A stretch of DNA of 63,135 bases, filler included, from Reticulomyxa filosa (GCA_000512085.1; 22 parts of 22 records of this genome joined end to end with filler, not necessarily neighbours in it), one strand, 5' to 3'; shown: positions 38,576-49,796, counted from the whole stretch's first letter. Notes: generated by a model not told the origin, from the sequence alone. Translations and numbers: made by a program.

Positions 38576-40460
38576 GCGGTGGGCGTTGGTGCCTTGGTGG
38601 CCTATAATAAACATCAAACATCATTTAAAAAATAAAAAAACATCAAAAAAACTTAACATTTTTTTCATTTTTTGTTCACAGGTTTGTGTACCCGTTGGAT
38701 GCGAGGCGAGGTCGTTGGGGACTTGGTGGCCTATAAAACAAATTAAATATTATTTAAAAAAGAAAAAAACAAAAAAGAAAAACTTAACATATATTTTTTG
38801 TTTGTACACGGGTTGGGAACCCGTTAGAGCTTCGGTGGGAGGTGGTGCCTTGGCGGCCTATAAAATACAACAAGTGTCATTAAAAAAATAAAAAAACAAA
38901 TTAAAAAAAAACATAACTTTGTTTTTTTTTAATATACACGGGTTGGGAACCCGTTGGAGCGCGTGCGGTGGGCTGTGGGGCCTAGGTGGCCTATAAAATA
39001 CACAAAACACCATTAAAAAAAAGAAAAAAACCAAAAAAAAAACATAACATTATTTTTATTTTTTGTTCACGGGTTGGGGCACCCTTTGGAGCAGCGGCGG
39101 GAGTTGGTGGGCCTTGGTGGCCTATAAAACAAATCAAACATCATTAAAAAAATAAAAAAGCATAAAAAAAAAACTTAACATTATTATTTTTTTTTGTTCA
39201 CAGGTTGGATACCCGTTGGAGGCGATGCGGAGTGCGTGGGGTCTTGGTGGCCTATAAAACACATCTAACGTCATAAAAAAAATAAAAAAAAGAAAACAAA
39301 TACTTAACAATTTTTTTATTTTTAGTTCACGGGTTAGTTACCCGTTGGAGCAGTGGCTTGAGTGTGATTGGCCTTGTTAGCCTATAAAACATGACAACCA
39401 TTAATTAGTAATACAAATAATATGAAACAAAACATACTTTTTTTTATTATTGGACACGGGTTTGGACCCGTTGGATATTGAGAGTTTGGCATTGGGACTT
39501 GGTGGCATATATAACAAATTAACATCATTAAGAAAAATAAAAAACATTTGAATGAATTTAACTTTATTTTTTTTTTTTGGTCCACGGGCTTTGGTACCCG
39601 TTGTAGCAGTTGCAGTAGTGGGGTGGGCCTTGGTGGCCTATGCAACAAATCAAAAATTATTAAATGAAAAAATAAATAAAACAGAAACATACTTTTTTTT
39701 TTTATTGTGTACACGGGTTGGGTACCCGTTGGAAGAGTTTCGTTGGTCGTTGGTGGCCTATAAAACATAACAAACGTCGTTAAAAATAAAAAAAACATAG
39801 AACATAAACATACTTTTTTTTTTAATGGACACAGGTTGGTGCACCCGTTGGAAATGGAACGGTTGGAGTGGGATCTGCTTTGGTCACCTATAAAACATAA
39901 CAACCTTAATTAAATATTTAAAAACATAGAACAAAACATACTTTTTATTATTATTATTGACACGGGTTTGGTCCCCGTTGGATGAGGAGTGGTGGGCATT
40001 TGGAATTCAGTGGCCTATAGGACAAATTAAACATCATTAATAAAAGAAAGAAACTTAAAAAAAAACTTAACATTATTATTTTTTTTTTTGTTCACGGGTT
40101 TGAGTTCCCGTTGGAGCAGCGGCGTGAGTGTGTGGTGCATTTGTGACCTTTGCAACAAATCAAAAATTATTAAATGAAAAAAACATGTTATATAAACATA
40201 CTTTTTTTATTTATTGTGTACACGGGTTGAGTACCCATTGGAGAATGAGCGTTGTGCCTTGGTGCTATGTAAAACATATCAAACGTTATTATAAAAGTAT
40301 TGAAAACATTAAAAAAAACTTAACATTTTTTATTTTTTTTTATTCACGGGCTCGAGTACCCGTTTGAGCATCGGCAGTGATAGTGTGGTGGTGTCTTGAT
40401 GACCTATGAAATGTTGCAAGCGTCATTAAAAAAGAAAATGACAAAAGTAAAGCTTAACTT
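38576..40460. repeat. Tandem array, ~15 units of ~118-132 bp: conserved CACGGGTTGGGTACCCGTTGGA + variable 14-27 nt core + conserved CCTTGGTGGCCTATAAAAC + A-rich/T-rich spacer
   Basis: The CAC(G/A)GG anchor recurs at 38677, 38807, 38937, 39068, 39199, 39328, 39455, 39583, 39712, 39830, 39961, 40093, 40221 and 40345, with a partial unit at the contig start. Confidence 0.95.
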
Positions 40461-41181
40461 TTTTTTTGACTGCCATATGCCGGTTGCTGCTCGTTGGAGC
40501 GTGTTTTGATCATCGGTGTTCATTAATATAATGACCCCGATGTAATCGGTGCATTGCGTCGACTTGTCTGTACCCCGGTTTCGTGTTTGCTGGGGTCGAC
40601 TTGTCTGGCACCTGTAAATATCACACAAATCATTTTAGGTGAGTTATTAAATAAATAAATATATACCTTGTTTTTGGAGGTGGGTGTGAACCCATTTGTT
40701 TTGTTGGTGGAATGCGTGATTGTGATAGTGTGATAGTTGTTGTTGATGGGATTGATATGGTTGATATGGTCGAACGTCATATGATGGGAGGGTATGTGGT
40801 GTACATTGTGGTAATAATAATTGTGGTTGAGCATAGAGGGTATCATTATTGTAGTTGTCGCTGTCATTGTTTTGCGTGGTTGCGATAGGGATGTTGTGAT
40901 TGATTATGTGACTGGTGTGGTGATATGGTTGGTGCATTGGTGGCGTTGCTGTGGTATTGGTAGTGGATTATGTGTGAAATATGTTGGTATATATTTGGGG
41001 GATGCTAGTGTAGGTGATATATGTGTGGTAGTGGTATATGGCTATAATATGGGCGGTGGAGCTGTTGGTACATGTGTGGTGTATCTGAAGCGGGTGTGGC
41101 AGTGATGTGGTAGTGGTTATTGTTGTTTGGTTGTGTGGTGGTGGTGTGGCTAGGGTGGGAATATTGTGGCTGGTGTGGGTG
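38576..41181 (-). CDS. Putative Pro/His/Gln/Thr-rich gene (or pseudogene) whose 3' part is the tandem mini-exon array
   Basis: A C/A-rich coding-like region (40667-41181) is followed by a clean intron 40666-40612 (GTATAT...TTACAG), an exon, and an intron 40458-40404 (GTTAAG...CATAG). Most subsequent units carry a ...TATAG acceptor and GT donors. Frames are not cleanly maintained. Confidence 0.5.
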
Positions 41182-41281
41182 NNNNNNNNNNNNNNNNNNN
41201 NNNNNNNNNNNNNNNNNNNNNNNNNTTAATTAATTAANNNNNNNNNNNNNNNNNNNNNNNNNNNNNNNNNNNNNNNNNNNN

Positions 41282-41440
41282 ACATATACAGTTGAGAGTA
41301 TAAATTGCAACGTCAGGCATTATCTAGCTAGATTTAGGCGCAGGTCAGGATGCTATTCAAAATCTCCAGCTATGGTTGAATTAGCCATAGTCTTCTTATT
41401 TGAAGAAGGCTTGCTGATGTATCTTTAAGGTAGCAATCCC
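41282..41440 (+). mobile_element. insB: IS1-family insertion sequence, right end (InsB-type transposase C-terminus 41282-41428 plus terminus)
   Basis: TYTVESINCNVRHYLARFRRRSGCYSKSPAMVELAIVFLFEEGLLMYL* matches the IS1 InsB 'TytVE..N..lRHyLARl.R.t.CySKS..M' motif. The element apparently ends at ...GGTAGCAATCCC (41440), where virB6 similarity stops. Not in the ORF track. Confidence 0.85.
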
Positions 41441-42366
41441 AAATTAAGGCGTAGATTTTTTTCCACGTTTGCTCACTAAGCAATTCTGAAGCAGGCCAAT
41501 CAAATATACCGAATACATTCAATGGATCGGCTTGAAGATCGACAATATTAGTTCCAAAACTGCTTTTAACGATAAAGCCCATTAAATCTAGCCCACCGTA
41601 AATAAATAAATTGATGAAGTAGAAGCTAAAGAATGACCAACTATTAGGGGATATCACCGCAGTTAATACACCAATTTTAAATAACCTTTTGATTACATCT
41701 TGCTGATCTAATTGGGTTGTACCCATCATAAACATGATGGCATAGAAAATAATGTATAAGATCAACAATGCTCTTATCGTTTGTATATATTTGATATTCT
41801 TCTCTGCTACACCTACAAAAATCTTTTCAACCACTCCGGTTTTATTAGTAGCTTTATCACCTAATAGTGAAGTTTTTACAAAGCGCGCAAGCTCTTTAAA
41901 TGGTCCTGTAATATTGCACCAGCTTGGCCTTTTTTCTGGATCACAACATAATATTGGCCAAATCTATGAGCTGGATTGGTATATAAATCGTATACTGCAG
42001 AATCAACATCGAATCCAGCTGGTGGCGACAATGGCTTTATTCTAATAAAAAATAAACCAGAGTCAAGAGTAGGTGGCACTACAACTTGCATTTCTCCATT
42101 GTTTGCAAATATAGTGGTTGGAATATCAATCCAACTGCTTTCAGTTATATCTGCTTTATCTTTTACTACAGCATACTGGAGAAGGCTACCATCGTTAACA
42201 GGACACCCACCCCAGCTGACGTTCACTGTATATCCCCCCATATTATCTAACATGTTAGTTACATAACCTGAACCAGAACCTGCATCAAAATGGCGAAAAC
42301 CTAGTTCAACGGGATCATCACTATAATCAGTCAATTTCCCTGAAAACATATACGTTTGTTTTCCAA
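41441..42366 (-). pseudogene. virB6: Rickettsiales-type type IV secretion VirB6/TrbL fragment, frameshifted and IS-interrupted
   Basis: Intronless. 'IQTIRALLILYIIFYAIMFMMGTTQLDQQDVIKRLFKIGVLTAVISPNSWSFFSFYFINLFIYGG...F.IFD...LLSEQTWKKIYALI' is the Rickettsiales VirB6 TM core, preceded by a soluble extension ('DNMGGYTVNV'). Two frameshifts at ~41912 and ~41838. Confidence 0.85.
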
Positions 42367-42555
42367 TAGACTTCTTTCGAAACTCATAACTTCAGCTCCC
42401 AATTATAAAAAGCAGTAATAAGATTAAAACGTAGGCCAAACCTCTTTCTTCTATTGCGATACCGATCAGCAATAATCTTAAAACGCTTTAACATACCGAT
42501 AACATTCTCATTCAATACTCTCTGACTCGCAAGCTGCCGATTATTATTTCTATCT
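42367..42555 (-). mobile_element. IS5-family (ISL2 group, IS1381-like) insertion sequence, right end (transposase C-terminus 42554-42384 plus inverted repeat)
   Basis: The minus strand reads DRNNNRQLASQRVLNENVIGMLKRFKIIADRYRNRRKRFGLRFNLITAFYNWELKL*, followed at once by GTTTCGAAAGAAGTCTA (42383-42367), which resembles ISL2-group terminal repeats. Not in the ORF track. Confidence 0.88.
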
Positions 42556-42875
42556 NNNNNNNNNNNNNNNNNNNNNNNNNNNNNNNNNNNNNNNNNNNNT
42601 TAATTAATTAANNNNNNNNNNNNNNNNNNNNNNNNNNNNNNNNNNNNNNNNNNNNCAACATAATAATAAGTTAGGGTAAATTATTGTGTATGGAAAAGTG
42701 AACAAGGTATGAACAATATTTTTTAGAGATATTTATTTTTGTGGACAAAATAAAAAACAACTACTGTATCCTGTTTTAAATTACAATTGCAATAGTGTAA
42801 CCAACTTTTTTGTTAAAAAGAGTCCAAACAAAAAAAAACTTTGTACTTTAAAAAAAAAACTAGACTCCCATTTTA

Positions 42876-43955
42876 ATGCAGGACCATCAATTATTTCTTG
42901 TCACTCTCCACTCGAAAGATACTAATGCGAACAATAAGGTTTTGAGAGAACTCGATGCATGTCACAACAACGAAACACCGTATGTAACAGTGATAGAGAT
43001 GTTTGTTAGTGCAGGAGAAAAAAAAAAAGGGACGGGAAGAGGAAAAATAAAATGGATCAAATAAAAAAGGAGAAAAAAAAAAATTAATGCATGAATGCAT
43101 ATACAAAATAAAAATAAAAAGAGGTGTGTCAAAAGCAAAAGAAAAGGCGTCAACTCCAGTGCTAGAAGCAGCGACAAATGAATCGTGGAACGACGAACGA
43201 AGAAAAAGTGGAAGAAACAAAAGAAGAAGGACTAGGATTAGAACAGCAAGTTCAGACTGAGATAGGTTCAGAGCAGCAGCGGAGCGAAACAAAGCCCGGG
43301 AATAGTGTGAACATTAATGATAGCGATGATGACATCAATAACAATAATAATAATAATGATGATGATGTGCAATTGAATCAGATGCGAAGCAGCGGAAATG
43401 ATGATATCAACAAAGACAGTGGCAACACAAAAGAACACGTGATGATAAAGCATGTCATTCGCGGAGGGGGAACAAAGACAGAGATGCTCTCCGCCAATAA
43501 TGATGATGATAATGTCGACGCTGATCCAAAGGAACCACAGAAAGTTGAAGATATCGTCGCCATATTCAATCAACTAAATATGGATGAATTGCTGGCACAA
43601 CAATTGGATGGAGAAAAATTTCCCTTGATCGACGCTTCTTCTCTTCCTCATGAGACAACCAACACTTCTATCGACAAAGAAGACTCTACTGTCATGGTAA
43701 TGTTTTTATATATTTATTTTATTTTATTGAAATTGAAATTGAAATATCTTTTGTGTGATGATAATGTTTGGAATTAGAATGAAGGAATCAGCAGCAAACA
43801 GTAATAGTTATGACAATGCAGAAACAGAACAAGACAAAGACACTGATCTCATTCTTGCAATTCAATTGGAAATGAAAATGCAAATGGCAAAAAAACAAAG
43901 AACTAATGGAGCATCAGGACAAATAAATACAATGACATGGATTATTTGCGACTGA
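42876..43955 (+). CDS. Multi-exon acidic/Asn-rich protein, 3' part, unknown function
   Basis: ORFs 42876-43064, 43178-43777 and 43755-43955 are separated by intron-like AT tracts (e.g. 43697-43777, GT-AG). Confidence 0.5.
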
Positions 43956-44707
43956 TATTGGAGAAAAGGAATTATTCATTGTATTAAATTATATATATAT
44001 AAAAGATTGAACAAATTGACAGAAAAACAAAACTTTGGAGGCTGTTGAAATTGATTAAAAATTTTTCGATTGTGATTTTTTGTGGATCGATGCATCCTGT
44101 ATCATCCAACAATTAGTCAATGGTGATGTGATTGTGTTGAAGTATTTTGTTCGTTTGTATATTATTATTTTTTTTTAATTTTGATTGAAATAGAATAATT
44201 TTTTTTAATTAATTGTTATCAGCAAAAAATATTATAGACTGTTTGTACAAATTTGTAGTTAAAGCAGCTCTAGCTAAAAGATATTGAATAATTCAATTTT
44301 TTTTTTTTTGCAAATAGAAATAATATTAAAATTACATATTCAAAAGCATAAGATAATTAATTTTTTACTTGCAACTTTCACACAAGCTTTCATACAGAAC
44401 CAAACATTAATTGAAATCGAATAAACAAATAAATAATTTTTTTTTTTTGTTAAAAAGTGTAAAAATAGTACAAATTATTTACAAGAATAAAATAAATGAA
44501 ATAAATAAGTGCAACCAAATTTTGTTACACATTAATAAAATATTTAAAATATAAAATCAGATCGGTAAGAAATCAATTGCTTACCATTTTTTTAATTTTC
44601 TTCTTAANNNNNNNNNNNNNNNNNNNNNNNNNNNNNNNNNNNNNNNNNNNNTTAATTAATTAANNNNNNNNNNNNNNNNNNNNNNNNNNNNNNNNNNNNN
44701 NNNNNNN

Positions 44708-45611
44708 TAGTGATATTGTTTTGTTTTAAATATTCCATGGCTTTTTGTTTGCAGAATTTCAAAGCACCAATAAATACAATTTCAGATTTGACACAAACTC
44801 CATTTATCGCTTTCAACTCTCTTTTGATAATTGATTGTTTCTTTACTTGGTATTCATTTATCATACCTTTTTTTTTTTGGGATTGTGAATATAGCGTTCG
44901 TAAACATAAAAAATATATTAAACAAAATGAAAGAAGACCAAACCATATAAATGCATTTTAAATCTGTAGAATACTAAGTATTCATTGGCATTGCCAGTTT
45001 GGTACCTGTTTTTTTAAAATTTGTGACAAAAAAAGTTTCAATTTGTTGAAATCAAATTGAAATGAAATAACAAAACTGCTTCCATGCCTCATTTCCGAAG
45101 GCTTTCACTTGATGACTTTTATGCAGTAACAATGCCGACTTTGTTTTATGAACTGCTTCTTTATTATCAGATTGCCCACTGCTGTTCCAATCTGTGATAA
45201 GACGCACAGCGTTTTCTTCTTTAATATAAATGCCCATGGCCGTTCCGTCAGTCCCAAAATCAATTGCAATGATGCATTCAAATTCTCCTGCGTTTTTCCA
45301 TGGCACGCATGATCTTTTTTGTTCATAGTTTGCAATAAAAAAATGGAGTGGATTTTTTTTTTTGTTTTTTAATTAAAAGAAAAAGTGTAGCACTATAGAG
45401 ATTTAGATTTATTGTAAATTAATTTTAACTTTTCCTCTTCCTGTTGACAATCTATTTTTTGGTTGACCGAACTCTTTGGTTCGTGTTCGTTTTGAGGTTT
45501 ATTTTTTTGGAAGTTGACAAATCTCTGCCAGAAGGAAGGTACACTATTTGTATTTTCTGTTTTTTCTTGGACATCTTCGTTCTCATTCTCCTTTTCTTTT
45601 TTATTTGACAT
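44708..45611 (-). CDS. HSPA12-like atypical Hsp70 (actin-fold ATPase), 5' part
   Basis: 'IIAIDFGTDGTAMG' phosphate-1 motif and 'KTKSALLL...VKAFGNEAWKQ' fit HSPA12A/B. Multi-exon; truncated at the linker. Confidence 0.8.
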
Positions 45612-46919
45612 TTCAAGTTTTTTATCTTAATGAACTTTTTTTTATTTTCACTGTTCGCCCGTCCCTTCTTAACGACACCAAGAACAACAGTGTGTGATTT
45701 TTAAATTTGGAAGTACTGGGTAAACAACTATTGTGAATATTACTTATTTGAAAGAGCAGAATGATTGACTAACAAATTCGTTAGGCTTTGGTAGTTTTTT
45801 TTGAACAGCAAGAAAGATTAGAGAAAATTCAATGTTTGCTTTACGTCGTTAAGGTCGATTGATAACTGCAGATACTTTTAAAAAGAATTTGCATGAATGT
45901 ATGTCAAGATAGATTTTCTCTTTGCTGAACTTTATGAAAAAACTAATCGTTGTAACATTAAACATTAAATATATTTTATTTCATTGAAAACAAAAGGAGA
46001 AGTTTTATGATTCAAAATTGACTTGAGCTTGAAATGTAAAATTTAGATTTAACAATTTTGATTTTTCTGAATAAATTTGTCCCAGCAGTTGAACATTGAT
46101 CAAATTTTTTGGTCAGCATTTCAGATAACATTCTCATTAGAAAACAACAGTTGATGACGTGAAAAACAAAATGAAATTGCGCGTTTGCTCTTCAAAATAC
46201 AAAATTCAAAAAATATTTCTTTTGTACTCAGTTTTCCAGCGTTGCTTCAAATTTGTTACAGTTCTTGTCCTTTTTGTTTTTGTTTTGAAGTTGCTCCTTT
46301 TTTTGTGTTAAAATTTGGAGCTTTTTTGGAGTGATATTTTGAACAAATGAGGAATACTACTGTAAAGAATGAAACGTATAAAGAGAGAAAAGGCCTTGAA
46401 AAGCGATTTACAGGCCCAAAAAAGTTTGAAAAACACAGTCAGAAATTAGATCGGCCTGATCAGATTGATACTGAATACAAGATAAAATTAGATCCTTCTT
46501 CCTTTCCTTTTCGAGCGAATCAAGCACAAAATACGGAAACTGGCTCTAAACTTTTGGCAAACAAATCTCGTCCTTCTCTGTCTCTTCGAGAAAACCAAAT
46601 ACAAAACTGATGGATACTCCATATTTGTATCATTAGCTCCTTTGCCAACTCCATTTTTTCGGGCCCAATGTATGGTATATAAACACGAGATTCTCATTTG
46701 CATGTTTTTTTTTAAATAGTCATTTTTATGAAAAACCCTTTTCTGTTTGTCATATCTCTGTCAAATGAAGCTTCATATTCCAAGTCAATTTTAGACATTT
46801 GCGAAAAAGTTGAGTGATTGTTTTCAGTGTTCTTTTATAATAATTAATAGCACCAATAAACAGCACTTGTATTGGACAATTTAATTGGGATTTTTGCGTG
46901 ATTATAACTCTTTGTCACT

Positions 46920-47330
46920 CTATAGCAGAGATGTATCTCGCACGAGATGCGTTGTTTCATGTTTTAAGGGGATGCTCCAGGCTTGCAAAATTGTGCAATG
47001 TTCTTTTATAGGGATAGACGTACTCCATATTTCAGCTTGCTGAGCCCATTGTTTCATCATTGATTTGGCTTCTTCACTCCAAATGGCTGATACTGTTATT
47101 ACCCATTGGATTTTATTTTCATTCATAGTGATATTGTTTTGTTTTAAATATTCCATGGCTTTTTGGTTGCAGAATTTCAAAGCACCAATAAATACAATTT
47201 CAGATTTGACACAAACTCCATTTATCGATTTTAACTCTCTTTTGACAATTGATTGTTTCTTTACTTGGTATTCATTTACTACATCTTTTTTTTTGGGGCT
47301 GTGAATGTAGCGTTCGTAAACATAAAACAT
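46920..47330 (-). pseudogene. Isolated duplicate exon of the HSPA12-like gene
   Basis: 47126-47327 is a near-identical copy of 44708-44910 and continues with 'IQWVITVSAIWSEEAKSMMKQWAQQA' (HSPA12 'WVITVPAIW'). No upstream exons are visible. Confidence 0.7.
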
Positions 47331-47723
47331 AATAATAAAAAAGAAAACTTTTTGACCAATCCCAACACTATCAATTTTAAAAGTTAGCTACTATTTTCAG
47401 AAACTTTTTTATTTTTGATATGGTAAATTGAGATTTGCTACTAAGGTGGTATCTTCTAAACAGAAATTTAAGAATCAGTTCATGATATTACAAATTTAAT
47501 GTTGGCTTTTCTTTAAAGTTTCTTCTTTTCGTAGTCAATTATTACGTCAAAGAGTGTTTGAAAAAGTTTTTTTTTGTAAGTTATATGAAACAACAGTGCA
47601 GTTTAGTCTCAAGCTGGAACAACACCCTTAAGTTTTTTAAAAGAAGGGGAGTTTGTGAGTTCCTTTTTTTTTGTTTGTTCGGTTTTTTTAAAGTGTCATT
47701 TAGTTGTTTTTTTAACAAATAAA

Positions 47724-47758
47724 ATGAGAGAAGTTCTCACAATTGAGGTCGGCCAAGC
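47724..47758 (+). CDS. First codons of a tubulin (alpha-like, divergent)
   Basis: ATG AGA GAA GTT CTC ACA ATT GAG GTC GGC CAA GC = MREVLTIEVGQA, after an AAAATG context. This fits the tubulin 'MRE.....VGQAG' signature. Only 12 codons are present. Confidence 0.7.
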
Positions 47759-49796
47759 NNNNNNNNNNNNNNNNNNNNNNNNNNNNNNNNNNNNNNNNNN
47801 NNTTAATTAATTAANNNNNNNNNNNNNNNNNNNNNNNNNNNNNNNNNNNNNNNNNNNNTTAATTTCGTAGAAATTTATTTGATAATCGATAAATTGATTT
47901 TTGTTGTATTTGACAAGCGTTCATTTACTATTGTCAAATCATATTTACAGAATTCTACTAGCTCAAAAGTTGAACTGTAATTTTGAAGTGACTTTTTTTT
48001 TTTTTTGCTTTGTTTACCTCTTTTTAAGTGTTTGCTTTTACTCTTTAAGAACAACATGGAAGCTCTCCAAAAAAAACATAAAGAACAAATCCAAGAATTG
48101 GTGAAAAAATTTGACACTTCACCAGCCTGGAACAAACTCTCTTCAATCCACCCGTATATACGCTGCGGAATTTGAGTAAAATTTTTTTTTTTTGCGACAT
48201 CTGCTTGATTATTGAAATAAAAGTTGAATAAAAAAACTACCAAAGTGTGAATGTTGTAACAACGGTTAAAAAATAATAATTTTGTAATATTGACAACAAG
48301 TCAGCGTTGGCAAACAAAATTTGTTGGTTTTTTGGATTGAAATAATATATTAGTTCGAACTAATATACGTTTTGATTCAATAGCAACTTTTTGTTAGTTC
48401 TACTAATTGCGTATAGTTTTATTTTATAAAAAAAGCAAAACAAAATAATCACAAACTTTGGAAAAAAACAATTTCTCTCTGATAAATCGAGAAAAAAACA
48501 ATAATTACAGTTGGCACTCGTTAACCGCTTCGCGAATTCGCACTCTAAAAAAAACACATCATTTTTTAAAACTATTTTAAAATATTTGATGTAGGTCATT
48601 TGGTGAGTTAAGATAAAAAAATGATACAAAAAACATTTTCTTCGGATATTGACCTTTATTTTCGGAACGTTTATTGCTGAGTGTTCGTTAGTTTGTAACA
48701 TCAGTTTTATACCGTTCCAACATGTTTTCTTCTACAAAAAAGAAATATACTAACTTTGTAGTATTAGCAAACATTAATAAATTTCTATCTTCTTGTTTAT
48801 GAAAATAAATGAAACGAAAACTTTTCTTTTGTCATGGGGTTCTCGCAAAAATCAACTTTTTATCCTTACTTTTAAAACTTGTAAATACTTTAAAGTTGGA
48901 TAGCTGGAAATAAAACAAAAAAATTGATTAAAAAAAATATGTAATTTATGTTTACATTTATGTATACGTATATATGTACACATATATTTTGTATATTTAT
49001 TAGACGTGAACAATGAAAAATGCATTCCTGTGGCAATGAAACCGACGGCAATGATGTGTATATACTGGAATTAAGTGGATGGGAGCTCATGTTTGGTGAC
49101 GTCAAGTAAAGACAGCATCCGCTGTTACTGGATGAAAAAATAAATAAAAAAAGGAGTCTTTCAAGAATAATAGAGCCACCAAGATTCGTTCATACATTAG
49201 AAATCTAGAACAAATCAAAGAATTGTTTGAATATTGTCTGTGCCATTACGTGTGCCATCACAGACTGTCTTGAAAACCGAAAATATTGCTTTGGATCGTA
49301 AAGATTCTTTTTAACCTTGTATTTAGTCTTTTTGTCTGCACTTAAAAAGAATTTTTGTTAAAATTAGTAAAAAAAAAATGAAAGTAAGACCAGCATTTTT
49401 GTTTAATCCAAAAAATTTGTGTCTAAAATTGCTTGATGCTTCTGGCTTTTTATTTCAATCAATTTCTTAAAGATATATGACCTAACAGATTCAAGAAATG
49501 TAGGAAATCGAAAATCCAATGAAAAAAACTTTTTATGTTTGCATAAACTATTACAATTTGCAAGTTTGCTACTTTCTTTCTCTTTTTCTTTTTCCTTGAC
49601 TATATGTTTTGTTGAATCCATTGGACACAGAAAAATCAATCAAGTTTTCCGAACAATAAGAGCACATAAGTTAATGTGAGGGATTCCTAAAATAAANNNN
49701 NNNNNNNNNNNNNNNNNNNNNNNNNNNNNNNNNNNNNNNNTTAATTAATTAANNNNNNNNNNNNNNNNNNNNNNNNNNNNNNNNNNNNNNNNNNNN

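Noticed and set aside
38576-40460. CRISPR array
   Set aside because: The units are ~129 bp with degenerate arms. The variable cores are short, compositionally alike and related in a 4-unit pattern. No cas genes are present, and the units carry spliceosomal signals in a eukaryotic contig.
42367-42383. Rickettsia palindromic element (RPE) start TAGACTTCTT...
   Set aside because: It directly follows the stop codon of an IS5/ISL2-group transposase, so it is better explained as the IS terminal inverted repeat.
47859-49696. Protein-coding genes in this contig, and in 10700-12700, 23700-25100 and 26032-27167
   Set aside because: Only AT-rich spurious ORFs or short stop-containing fragments are present; no family could be recognised.
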